A program made the position numbers and the translations under genes. The notes under the pieces are model-generated. The model saw only the letters and a program-made list of their open reading frames with translations. It had not been told where the DNA came from and ran no database searches. A stretch of DNA of 64,000 nt from Candidatus Multivorans thiocomprendens (GTDB taxonomy: Bacteria > Acidobacteriota > Thermoanaerobaculia > Multivoradales > Multivoraceae), in the NCBI GenBank assembly GCA_027493375.1, contig JAPVWO010000250.1:1743-65742 (forward strand), in the 5' to 3' direction. This document shows positions 38,461 to 48,251 of this stretch, piece after piece (position 1 is the first letter of the stretch; the number at the start of each line of letters is the position of its first letter).

Positions 38461-39372
38461 GTGACCGCCTACCGTTTCTGCCGTTCGGACGACGTGCCCC
38501 TCATCGTCGACGCGTACGAACGCTGCAACGTCGGCGCCGGCGCCCGGCCCTGGCGCCTGACGGTGGACCACATGAAGCGGCTGGGCCGGGAGATGAACCT
38601 CTGGACCAGCAGTTGCATGGTCGCCTTCGAGGGTTCCGACCCGATCGGCGTCCTCATCGCCGCCAAGCGGGAGCCGATCGCCAGCCTGGTGCTCCACGTC
38701 GCCGTCCACCCGGATCACCGCCGCCGGGGTCACGGCCGCCACATGATGACCTCGCTGAGCCAGAAGATGGCGATCCTCGAACCGACGCTGATGCTCGTCG
38801 AACTACCGGAAGGCGACGCCCTCGGCCGCCGCTTCTTCGAAGCCTGCGGATTCACAAGGCGGGACGTCCTGACCGATTACACCTGCGCGGGCGAGGCGCC
38901 GGCCGGCGGCGTCGACCCGGTCGGTGGCGTCGACCTGGTCGCCGATGTCGCCGCCGCCGAGCTTGTCTCGCAAGAGGACTTCGAGGCCGTCCCGGAGCTC
39001 GACCGCTGCTGGCAGCGCGCTCCTCTGAGCATCCGGAACCTCCGTGACCGGCCGCAAGGTCTTGCGATCGCCACCGATCGAGGCTTCGAGGCCTGGCTGC
39101 TCCACCGGGGCGACGGCGACGCGGAGACGCCCCTGCCCTTCCTGGCGGCCCCGCCGACGCGGTCACCGCTGGAGGTCCTCGCCCTCGGCGGCAAGATGCC
39201 CGTTCCCGCGCTCGTGCGCCCGCTGCTCGCCGTGGCGTCGGACCGCGCCGGGCGCTCGCTCCACCTGCCCCGGGTCCATCCGTCGGAGGTCCCCGCCGGC
39301 CGCCTCGAGGAGTACGGCTTCAGGCCCGGCTCCAGGACGATTCGCTACGAGAGCGACGCGGCTCCGGCTTGA
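38461..39372 (+). CDS. GNAT family N-acetyltransferase (two-lobed)
   Basis: LVLHVAVHPDHRRRGHGRHMMTSL matches the acetyl-CoA binding motif A (Q/R-x-x-G-x-G/A). GTG start. Confidence 0.6.
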   Translation: MTAYRFCRSDDVPLIVDAYERCNVGAGARPWRLTVDHMKRLGREMNLWTSSCMVAFEGSDPIGVLIAAKREPIASLVLHVAVHPDHRRRGHGRHMMTSLSQKMAILEPTLMLVELPEGDALGRRFFEACGFTRRDVLTDYTCAGEAPAGGVDPVGGVDLVADVAAAELVSQEDFEAVPELDRCWQRAPLSIRNLRDRPQGLAIATDRGFEAWLLHRGDGDAETPLPFLAAPPTRSPLEVLALGGKMPVPALVRPLLAVASDRAGRSLHLPRVHPSEVPAGRLEEYGFRPGSRTIRYESDAAPA

Positions 39373-39396
39373 GGACTTGGTACTCTCGCACCCGCG

Positions 39397-40275
39397 ATGA
39401 AGAGCTACTTCGACCTGATCGATGACGGCGGTTCCGACATCGCCGGCCAGGTCGGCCGGCAGCGGGAACGCATCGCCGAGGCCCTGACCGGCGTCGAACA
39501 CATCGTCGCCATCGGCTCCGGCAAGGGAGGCGTCGGCAAGAGCACCCTGACCATGCAACTGGCCCTGGCCATGGAGCGCCGCGGCCGCCGCTGCGCCGTG
39601 CTCGACGCCGATCTGAACGGCCCTTGCCAGGCGCGCCTCGCCGGCCTCGAGAACGCGGCCCTGCTTCCGGGCGGCCGCGGCATGGCGCTGCCGCGCACCG
39701 CGACCGGACTCGGCGTCGTATCGATGGGTTCCGCGGTGCCGGAATCGGAGGACCTGGACTTCGCCAGCGTTGCCCGCGGCGACTCCCATGTCTGGCGCGC
39801 CACCCGCGAGTTCAACCTGTTCCAACAACTGCTCGGTCTGGTCGACTGGGGACGTCTCGACGTTCTCCTGGTCGACCTGCCGCCCGGCGCCGAGCGCACG
39901 CTCCAGTACGCCGAGGTCCTGGGACCGGGGGCCCGTTTCGTCCTCGTCTCGATTCCGACCGCCCTGGCGCGAGGCGTCGTGGCGCGCTCGGCCGCCGCTC
40001 TGCGGCGAACCCGGAACGTGACGCTCGGCGTGATCGAGAACATGAGCGGCTACTACTGCGAAGGCTGCGACGATGTCCGGCCTCTGTTCGAGGGCTCGGA
40101 CGACACGGCCCCCGAGCTTGGACTCCCCGTACTCGCTTCGATACCGTTCGATCCGCGGCTGGCCGCGGCCTCCGACGCCGGCGACCCGGAGTTGCCGCGG
40201 GGGCCTGCCGTCCGCGCGATCGAGACCGCCGCCGACTCCATCCTGAGCGGCCTCGCCGAGCGGCGGGCCGGCTGA
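39397..40275 (+). CDS. Mrp/NBP35 (ApbC-like) P-loop ATPase, Fe-S cluster carrier family
   Basis: Deviant Walker A IGSGKGGVGKST, VLDADLNGP, LLVDLPPG and the CxxC pair NMSGYYCEGCDD are typical of the family. Confidence 0.85.
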   Translation: MKSYFDLIDDGGSDIAGQVGRQRERIAEALTGVEHIVAIGSGKGGVGKSTLTMQLALAMERRGRRCAVLDADLNGPCQARLAGLENAALLPGGRGMALPRTATGLGVVSMGSAVPESEDLDFASVARGDSHVWRATREFNLFQQLLGLVDWGRLDVLLVDLPPGAERTLQYAEVLGPGARFVLVSIPTALARGVVARSAAALRRTRNVTLGVIENMSGYYCEGCDDVRPLFEGSDDTAPELGLPVLASIPFDPRLAAASDAGDPELPRGPAVRAIETAADSILSGLAERRAG

Positions 40276-40287
40276 TCCGGAGACCCG

Positions 40288-40767
40288 ATGAAGTTCCTCT
40301 GCGTACCCTGCGACGAGCAGATGAAGCTCAAGCACGCGATCGGCCCCGAGGGCGGTTCGGTCGCCCTGGTCTACGCCTGTCCCGCCTGCTCGGCCGAGAT
40401 GGCGATGATGACGAACCCGCACGAAACCCAGGTCGTCGGCTCGCTCGGAGTGAAGATCGGCGCCGCGGAAGATCCCGAGGCGGCCGCGGCCGCCTCGAAA
40501 TGCCCGTTCACCGGCATGCTGGCCGACATGGGCGTTCCGGTGACCGGAACGCGCGCCGCGGAGAACGCCAACCCCGTCGCGAGCGGCAATGGCGGCCCCG
40601 GAGGCATTCCCTGGACGGCCGAGGCCCGCGAGCGGCTCGCCAACATCCCGGACATCGTCCGCGCCGCGGCTGTCGCGGGGATCGAGAAGTTCGCCGAGGA
40701 CCACGGCTACGAAGAAGTCAACGCGGCCGTCCTGGAACGCGCCCGCTCGTTCTTCGGGATCGCCTGA
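40288..40767 (+). CDS. Zinc-ribbon protein with a C-terminal PCP_red-like domain
   Basis: The N-terminus has CVPCD...CPACS. The C-terminus IPWTAEARERLANIPDIVRAAAVAGIEKFAEDHGYEEVNAAVLERA fits the BchB C-terminal pattern W..eAe..l..iP.fvR. Confidence 0.75.
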   Translation: MKFLCVPCDEQMKLKHAIGPEGGSVALVYACPACSAEMAMMTNPHETQVVGSLGVKIGAAEDPEAAAAASKCPFTGMLADMGVPVTGTRAAENANPVASGNGGPGGIPWTAEARERLANIPDIVRAAAVAGIEKFAEDHGYEEVNAAVLERARSFFGIA

Positions 40768-40783
40768 CCGCCTGGAGCCGGCG

Positions 40784-42154
40784 ATGACGGTGTCACCCCT
40801 GGAGCGGCAGGCGAGCGTGAACCCGACCGCCTTCGCGCGGCCGTACGTCATCTCCTGGAACCTGACCTACCGCTGCAACCTGGCCTGCGAGCACTGCTAC
40901 CTCGACGCCGGCGGCAAGCCTCTGGTCCAGACCGCGAACTTCGCCGACCGCTCGGAGCTCTCGACCGACCAGTGCCGCAAGGTGATCGACGACATCTGCG
41001 AGTTCGCCCCCGAAGCCCTGGTCATCCTCACCGGCGGCGAGCCGCTGCTGCGCCGAGACATCCTGGAGATCGTGCGCTACGCGGCAGAGCGCGACTTGTG
41101 GGTCGTCGTCGGCAGCAACGGCGTGCGCATCACCGAGAACCTGGCCCGGATTCTGGCCGGCGAGGGTGTCCGCGGTCTCGCCCTGTCGCTCGACGCCCTC
41201 GACGCCGAGGTCCACGACGGCTTCCGGCGGGTTCGCGGCGCCTGGCGGAACACGGTCGACGGCGCCGGGCACCTCGCCACGGCAGGGTTGCCCTTCATCA
41301 TCCAGACCACGGCCGGCGCCCACAACCGGGGTCAGCTCGAGGAGATCGCCGAGTTCGCCTACAGCGAACTCAAGGCACGGGTCTGGAACCTGTACTTCCT
41401 GGTTCCGACCGGCCGCGGCCAGTTCGTCTCGGACCTGTCGCCGTCCGACTACGACGAGGTGCTGGCCGCCCTCACGTCCATCCAGCGGAACTACCGCGGG
41501 CGCATGGTCGTCAACGCGAAGTGCGCGCCCCACTACGTCCGCCAACTACTCGCCGGAGACCAGGACTCGCCCTTCCTCAAGGCGTACGACGGCGGCGCCG
41601 GCGGCTGCCCGGCCGGAACCCACTACATGGGGATCCGACCCAACGGCGACGTCACGCCCTGCCCCTACCTGCCGGTGTTCGGCGGCAACCTGAAACGGTC
41701 GACGCTCTCGGATCTCTGGAACGACTCCGACCTCTTCCAGTCGATCCGGCGCCGCAACGATCTCGGCGGCCGCTGCGGCTCCTGCGAGTTGTCGACGGTC
41801 TGCGGCGGCTGCCGGGCCCGGGCCTTCGGGATGACGGGCGACCTGATGGCGGAGGATCCGCTCTGCACCCACGAGCCCGGCACCTTCACTGCCGACCGGC
41901 TCCAGGCGTTCGGCGACCGCACCGGGCTGGCCTCTCTCGCCCGCTACGGCGAAGACAGCTCGACCAGCATCGCCTGGGAACCCGAAGCCGAAGCCCGCAT
42001 GAAGCGGGTGCCGGCCTTCGTCCGCGGCATGGTCGTGCGCTCGGTCGAGTCCCACTGCCGCAAGAACGGGATTTCGACCGTGACCGTCGACGAACTCGAG
42101 TCGATCCGCGCCCGGATGCCGACGCCAAAGGTCTTCGGCAGCCGCCCTTCCTGA
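40784..42154 (+). CDS. Radical SAM/SPASM enzyme, NirJ/AhbC/AhbD-like, with a C-terminal PCP_red-like domain
   Basis: Start trimmed to the ATG at 40784. VISWNLTYRCNLACEHCY is the CxxxCxxC radical SAM cluster motif. LTGGEPLLRRD is present. The SPASM cysteines are CPAGTHYMGIRPNGDVTPCPY and GGRCGSCELSTVCGGCRARA. The tail reads IAWEPEAEARMKRVPAFVRGMVVRSVESHCRKNGISTVTVDELE. Confidence 0.85.
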   Translation: MTVSPLERQASVNPTAFARPYVISWNLTYRCNLACEHCYLDAGGKPLVQTANFADRSELSTDQCRKVIDDICEFAPEALVILTGGEPLLRRDILEIVRYAAERDLWVVVGSNGVRITENLARILAGEGVRGLALSLDALDAEVHDGFRRVRGAWRNTVDGAGHLATAGLPFIIQTTAGAHNRGQLEEIAEFAYSELKARVWNLYFLVPTGRGQFVSDLSPSDYDEVLAALTSIQRNYRGRMVVNAKCAPHYVRQLLAGDQDSPFLKAYDGGAGGCPAGTHYMGIRPNGDVTPCPYLPVFGGNLKRSTLSDLWNDSDLFQSIRRRNDLGGRCGSCELSTVCGGCRARAFGMTGDLMAEDPLCTHEPGTFTADRLQAFGDRTGLASLARYGEDSSTSIAWEPEAEARMKRVPAFVRGMVVRSVESHCRKNGISTVTVDELESIRARMPTPKVFGSRPS

Positions 42155-42182
42155 ACGGCGTAAGCAGCCCGGGTTAGAGGTC

Positions 42183-42839
42183 GTGGCCAGCAGCAGCAAC
42201 CCGCTGCCCCGCTCCTACGCCCACGTTCCGCGGACGATCCTCTGGCTCGTGCCGGGCGGCGAGGGCCTGATCGACGGACGAACGGTGACGGTCGAGCCCT
42301 TCTACCTCAGCAAGTGGCCGGTGACGAACGAGCAGTTCGAGGCCTTCGACCCGGACCACCGGCGATCCCCCCTCTCTTCCGGTGACCGGGACCTCGCCGT
42401 CGGCATCGGCTGGAACCAGGCCGACGCCTACTGCCGCTGGTACGCCGAGGTGTCCCGCAAGCCGATGCGGCTGCCGACCCGAACGGAGTGGCTCTACGCC
42501 TGCCGGGGCGTTTCGACCCCCGACGACCAGCCGTCCTGGACCGCCACCCCGGAGGCCATCGACCGCCACTGCTGGCACGCCGGCAACTCGGACGGCCGCG
42601 TGCAGCACCCTGAGCACCGGCAGGCCAACGACTTCGGCCTTCACGGGATGCTGGGAAGCGTCTGGGAGTGGGTCGCCGAGGAACCAGCCGGCGCCCCAGG
42701 CCAACGCACACTCTGCGGCGGCTCCTTCCGCCTCCCGCCACAAGAACTCAAGACCGCCCGGACAACGCACGAGGCACCCGGTTTCGCTTCCGACGAAACA
42801 GGCTTCCGGGTCGCCCGCTCCTTCCGCATCGACGACTGA
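42183..42839 (+). CDS. FGE-sulfatase (SUMF1/EgtB/PvdO) fold protein lacking the catalytic Cys pair
   Basis: FYLSKWPVTNEQFEAF, VGIGWNQADAYCRWY, RLPTRTEWLYACRG and GLHGMLGSVWEWV are present. The terminal segment CGGSFRLPPQELKTARTT has no C-x4-C active-site pair. Confidence 0.7.
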   Translation: MASSSNPLPRSYAHVPRTILWLVPGGEGLIDGRTVTVEPFYLSKWPVTNEQFEAFDPDHRRSPLSSGDRDLAVGIGWNQADAYCRWYAEVSRKPMRLPTRTEWLYACRGVSTPDDQPSWTATPEAIDRHCWHAGNSDGRVQHPEHRQANDFGLHGMLGSVWEWVAEEPAGAPGQRTLCGGSFRLPPQELKTARTTHEAPGFASDETGFRVARSFRIDD

Positions 42840-42919
42840 TGCCGCACCCGGGCTCTTCACGAAGGGCCACATCCGCATTTGACCCGCGGAAGAGCCTGTG
42901 ATGAGCGTTCCAAGTCAAC

Positions 42920-42953
42920 ACAACAGGAGGTCCTCCACAACAGGAGGTCCTCC
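42920..42953 (+). repeat. Perfect tandem duplication of a 17-nt unit containing a Shine-Dalgarno sequence
   Basis: acaacaggaggtcctcc occurs twice (42920-42936 and 42937-42953). The second copy ends 2 nt before the ATG at 42956. Confidence 0.9.
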
Positions 42954-42955
42954 CA

Positions 42956-43339
42956 ATGAGGCAAGAAAGTTGGTTTCGGGGCGCACTGCTGAGCGTGCTC
43001 TTCTTCGCGCTGCTGAGCGGCGGAGCGCCCACTGCGGTGGCGGCCGATCTCCAGTCGGTTGCGTCCAACCACCAGATCGAGACGACCGAAGGGCCCTGCC
43101 AGCAGCCCGGTTACGTCAACACCGCGGGTGGATGTATGCCGGCGACCGAGGTCACGCATCACAACAACTGCGACATGTACGGCGACTTGGCTCTTGCCGG
43201 TGGGTTGCTGGGCGCAGCGGGCGGCTTGCTCGCCATCATCCCTGAGCCGGTGACGACGTTCGTAGGAGGCCTACTCGGGCTCGTCGGCTTCGGCGGTCTT
43301 GCCGCCGGGACCATCGCGTACATCGGCAACGATTGTTGA
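42956..43339 (+). CDS. Hypothetical secreted protein with a Cys-rich segment and a C-terminal glycine-zipper hydrophobic hairpin
   Basis: Signal peptide MRQESWFRGALLSVLFFALLSGGAPTAVAA. Three Cys lie in the mature middle region. The C-terminus reads GGLLGAAGGLLAII...FVGGLLGLVGFGGLAAGTIAYIG. The gene lies in a lower-GC stretch. Confidence 0.5.
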   Translation: MRQESWFRGALLSVLFFALLSGGAPTAVAADLQSVASNHQIETTEGPCQQPGYVNTAGGCMPATEVTHHNNCDMYGDLALAGGLLGAAGGLLAIIPEPVTTFVGGLLGLVGFGGLAAGTIAYIGNDC

Positions 43340-43350
43340 GGGGATCTGGC

Positions 43351-43464
43351 ATGAGATTCGTGCCGCGTTGGTGGAAGGTGCCTCCCCTGAGCGCTCGGCT
43401 CTTCTTTCTGTTCGCGATGTTGGGCGGCCTTGCATGGGCCATCTACATCAACGTTCAGCACTGA
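43351..43464 (+). CDS. Small hydrophobic peptide (37 aa, one TM); not in the supplied ORF track
   Basis: I translated this myself: MRFVPRWWKVPPLSARLFFLFAMLGGLAWAIYINVQH. It starts 11 nt after the preceding stop. Confidence 0.25.
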   Translation: MRFVPRWWKVPPLSARLFFLFAMLGGLAWAIYINVQH

Positions 43465-43657
43465 GTCTCCGCCACGCCCTGCCGGCGTCGCTGCTGGTTG
43501 CGCCGCTTCTCCGCGCACCGGTCGCGGCGTCGGTCGGGCTCGTCCCGCCCATGTGGCCAGCAGACGATGGCGAAGGGGCGCCGTTCGCCGACCAGACGGC
43601 CTGAACGCTACCCGCCGGTTCCACGGAGACCCTCCCCCTGGCCCCACGTGGGCGGAG

Positions 43658-44631
43658 TCAACGCCTCGACGCGCCGCGGACGACCGGCGTCGGCGGGTCT
43701 TCGCCGCGGTGCAGTGCCAGGACGTTGTCCACGGCGAGTTGGGCCATGGCCAGGCGGGTCGGGATCGAGGCACTGGCGATGTGGGGCAGCAGGACCGCGT
43801 TGTCGAGGTCGAGAAGGTCCGGGTGAATCTCCGGTTCCCGCTCGAAGACGTCCAGGCCGGCGGCCCAGATGACGCCCGAGCGAAGCGCCGCCGCCAGCGC
43901 CTCTTCGTCGACGATCGGCCCGCGGGCGGTGTTCACGAGCACCGCGGTCGGCTTCATCCGCGCCAGTTCGTCCGCGCCGATCAGGCCGGTCGTCCCTTCG
44001 GTCAGCGGCAGGTGGATGGAGACGAAGTCGGCAGCGCCGAGCAAGCCGTCCAGATCGGTGCGCCGGGCGCCGAGCTCGCGTTCCAGATCCGGCCGCTCCC
44101 GTTCGTCCCAGTAGAGGATCTCCATGCCGAAGCCGAGCCCTGCGCGGCGGGCGACCGCCTCGCCGATGCGACCCATGCCGAGGATGCCGAGCGTCCGGCC
44201 GTGGACCTCCTGGCCGGTCAGCAGCATCGGCCCCCAGCGCCGGTAGCGACCGGCGCGCAGAAACCGCTCGGCTTCCGGCAATCGACGGGCCGCCGCGAGC
44301 AGCAGCGCCAGCGCCAGGTCCGCGGTGGCGCCGTCGAGCACGCCCGGCGTGTTCGTGACCCAGATGCCGCGGGCCTCCGCCGCCGCGATGTCGACGTTGT
44401 CGAAGCCGACCGCCATGTTCGCCACCATGCGCAGGCTGCTCGCGCGGTCGAAGAGCTCCGCGTCCATCCGCTCCGTGAGCAGCGCCACGATCACGTCGGC
44501 TTCGGACGCGGCGTCGAGCAGCGCCGCGCGGTCCAGAGCCGCGCCCTCCTCGAGCATCCGCGTCTCGGTCGCCGGCTCCGCCCGCAGCCGTTCGACCGCC
44601 GGTTCCGGGATCGGCCTTGTAACGAGCACTT

Positions 44632-44635
<4 letters not shown>
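43658..44635 (-). CDS. D-2-hydroxyacid dehydrogenase / glyoxylate-hydroxypyruvate reductase family
   Basis: Start trimmed to the ATG at 44635 (ATGA overlap with the upstream stop). Motifs GILGMGRIGEAVARR (NAD fold), VNTARG and LLPHIASAS are present. Confidence 0.9.
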
Positions 44636-45846
<1,211 letters not shown>

Positions 45847-45850
45847 CGCC

Positions 45851-47506
45851 TCACCCGGCGCCGTTCTCGCCCGAAGCCGCGATCATCGCCGCCACCTGTT
45901 CGGGCCGCACCCGCGTCAGCAGCGGCTCGAAGGGACCGATCTCGCGGTCGAGCAGCGGCGCGTGAACGTCCTCCCAGACCAGGGGAGCCGTTCGCAGAAA
46001 GGTCTCGGCCCGGCCGGCGATCGCCGGCACCACCGGCTTCAGGAACACGACCAGCTGGCGGAACAGCTCGATGCCCGTGGTGCAGACGGCCTGTACTTCC
46101 GCGGCGCGTTCCGGGTCCCGCGCCGCCTCCCAGGGACGCCGCTCGTCGATGTAGCGGTTGGCGCGGTCGGCCAGCGCGATGACGCGGCGGAGCGCCTGGT
46201 TGTAGTCGCGGCCTTCGTAGAGTTCGGCGATCTCCTCCGCCTCCGCGGCCGCCGCCGCCGCCAGTTCGGGCGCGTCGAGCGACGCCGCCAGCCGGCCGTC
46301 GAACTGCCGGTGCAGGAAACCGGCACAGCGGCTGGCGATGTTCACCACCTTGCCGACGAGATCGGAGTTCACCCGCAGGACGAAGTCCTCCAGGTTGAGG
46401 TCGATGTCGGCGAGGCCGTTGCTGAACTTGGCTGCGATGTAGTAACGGAAGGCTTCCGGATCGAGGTGCTCCAGGTAGGTACGCGCCATGACGAAGGTGC
46501 CGCGCGACTTCGACATCTTGCCCCCGTCGACGGTCAGGAAGCCGTGAACGAAGACCGAGGAAGGCGTACGGTAGCCGCCGCCGTGCAGCATGGCCGGCCA
46601 GAACAGGCAGTGGAAGTAGAGGATGTCCTTGCCGATGAAGTGGTACAGCTCGGCGTCGCTGTCCGGTCCCCAGAAGTCCTCGAAACCGAGTCCGTTCCGG
46701 TCGCAGTACTGGCGGAAGCTGGCCATGTAGCCGATCGGCGCGTCGACCCACACGTAGAAGTACTTGTTCGGCGCATCCGGAATCTCGAACCCGAAGTACG
46801 GGGCATCGCGGGAGATGTCCCAGTCGCGCAGGCCGTCGTCGAACCACTCGCGGAGCTTGTTGACGACCTCGCTCTGCAGGCGACCGTCGCCGACCCACTC
46901 CTCGAGGAGCTGGCGGTAGTCGGAGAGGCGCAGAAAGAGGTGCTCCGACTCCTTCTCGACCGGCAGGGCGCCGGTCACGATGGAACGGGGGTCGATCAGG
47001 TCCGCGGGCTCGTAGGTCGAACCGCACTCGTCGCAACTGTCGCCGTTCTGGTCCTTCGCCCCGCAGCGCGGACAGGCGCCCTTGATGAAGCGGTCCGGCA
47101 GGAACATCTCCCGCTCCGGGTCGTAGAACTGGCGCACCGTCCGCCGGTCGATCGATCCACGGTCGCGCAACCGCTTGTAGATTCCCTCGACCAGCTTGCG
47201 GTTCTCGGGCGAGTGCGTCGTGTAGTAGTTGTCGAAGTGGATCGAGAACGCCCGGTAGTCCTCCAGGTGCTCGTCCGCCAGCCGGACGATCAGTTCTTCC
47301 GGAGAGATCTCCTCCCGCTCGGCGCGCAGCATGATCGGCGTGCCGTGGGCGTCCTCGGCGCAGACGTAGTAGCACTCGTGTCCGCGCATGCGCTGCAACC
47401 GGCACCAGATGTCCGTCTGCACCGCCTCCACCAGGTGGCCCATGTGGATCGGGCCGTTGGCGTAGGGCAGGCCGCTCGTGACCAGAATGCGTCGTCGTTC
47501 GGGCAT
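45851..47506 (-). CDS. metG: Methionine--tRNA ligase
   Basis: HIGH-type motif [12 protein letters not shown], zinc knuckle CPRCG...CDECG and KMSKSRG are present. At 551 aa it has no C-terminal tRNA-binding appendix. Confidence 0.95.
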   Translation of the reverse strand: MPERRRILVTSGLPYANGPIHMGHLVEAVQTDIWCRLQRMRGHECYYVCAEDAHGTPIMLRAEREEISPEELIVRLADEHLEDYRAFSIHFDNYYTTHSPENRKLVEGIYKRLRDRGSIDRRTVRQFYDPEREMFLPDRFIKGACPRCGAKDQNGDSCDECGSTYEPADLIDPRSIVTGALPVEKESEHLFLRLSDYRQLLEEWVGDGRLQSEVVNKLREWFDDGLRDWDISRDAPYFGFEIPDAPNKYFYVWVDAPIGYMASFRQYCDRNGLGFEDFWGPDSDAELYHFIGKDILYFHCLFWPAMLHGGGYRTPSSVFVHGFLTVDGGKMSKSRGTFVMARTYLEHLDPEAFRYYIAAKFSNGLADIDLNLEDFVLRVNSDLVGKVVNIASRCAGFLHRQFDGRLAASLDAPELAAAAAAEAEEIAELYEGRDYNQALRRVIALADRANRYIDERRPWEAARDPERAAEVQAVCTTGIELFRQLVVFLKPVVPAIAGRAETFLRTAPLVWEDVHAPLLDREIGPFEPLLTRVRPEQVAAMIAASGENGAG

Positions 47507-47589
47507 GGCGATCCCCCGGGCACGGGCCGGGCCCGCCGGAGACGGGGAGGTTCGGACGGTGGATTATGCAGGATCCACGGGCGCCCACG

Positions 47590-47618
47590 GGAAACTTCGC
47601 TCGGGCATCATGCGTCTT
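47590..47618 (+). promoter_or_regulatory. ECF-type promoter-like element upstream of the ECF sigma gene
   Basis: GGAAAC, a 17-nt spacer, then CGTCTT. This resembles the GGAAC...CGT pattern of autoregulated ECF promoters. It ends 15 nt before the ATG. Confidence 0.3.
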
Positions 47619-47633
47619 CCTGATCAGAGAACG

Positions 47634-48251
47634 ATGGCCTCCAAGCGACAGCCGCAAGAACCCAACCCCGACCTGTTCCTCGCCCGGCGCGCCGCCGCCG
47701 GCCACGCCGACGCCTGGGCCGAGCTGATCGAACGGTACGGCCGGCGCATCTACAACATCTCCTTCCAGTTCGCCGGCAACAGGGCCGAGGCCGAGGACCT
47801 GACCCAGGAGATCTTCCTGCGCCTCTACCGCAACCTCGGTCGCTACCGCGGCGACGTGCCGCTCGCCGGCTGGACCCTCCGCCTGTCCCGCAACCTCTGC
47901 ATCGACCACTACCGGCGGACCCGGACCGAGCGGCGGACCGTCGTGGTTTCGGAAGAGATTCTGAAGCATCAGGCCAGCGGCAGCGATCCGGCCGCCCGGG
48001 CGGAACGAAGGGAGAAGCTGCGCCTGGTCTACGGGGTCATCGAGGAGATGCCGGAGCCCTTCGCCGAGATCCTGACGCTTCGCGATCTGCAGGGCCTGAG
48101 CTACGCGGACATCTGCGCGTTTCTCGACCTGCCGGAGGGGACGATGAAGTCCAGATTGCGGCGCGCTCGCCTGGAGCTCATCCGCCGGATCGACCGCAAG
48201 CGGCAGGCCCTCGGCGATTCCACGCCGACTCGCGGCGGAGCCTACCGGTGA
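47634..48251 (+). CDS. ECF-family RNA polymerase sigma factor
   Basis: Region 2 reads AEDLTQEIFLRLYRNL...WTLRLSRNLCIDHYR. Region 4 reads LTLRDLQGLSYADICAFLDLPEGTMKSRLRRARLEL. Confidence 0.85.
   Translation: MASKRQPQEPNPDLFLARRAAAGHADAWAELIERYGRRIYNISFQFAGNRAEAEDLTQEIFLRLYRNLGRYRGDVPLAGWTLRLSRNLCIDHYRRTRTERRTVVVSEEILKHQASGSDPAARAERREKLRLVYGVIEEMPEPFAEILTLRDLQGLSYADICAFLDLPEGTMKSRLRRARLELIRRIDRKRQALGDSTPTRGGAYR

Noticed and set aside
42183-42839. The FGE-fold gene, called as the maturase of the arylsulfatase at 56.6 kb.
   Set aside because: The Cys pair required for formylglycine generation is not visible, and the genes are 14 kb apart on unrelated transcription units.
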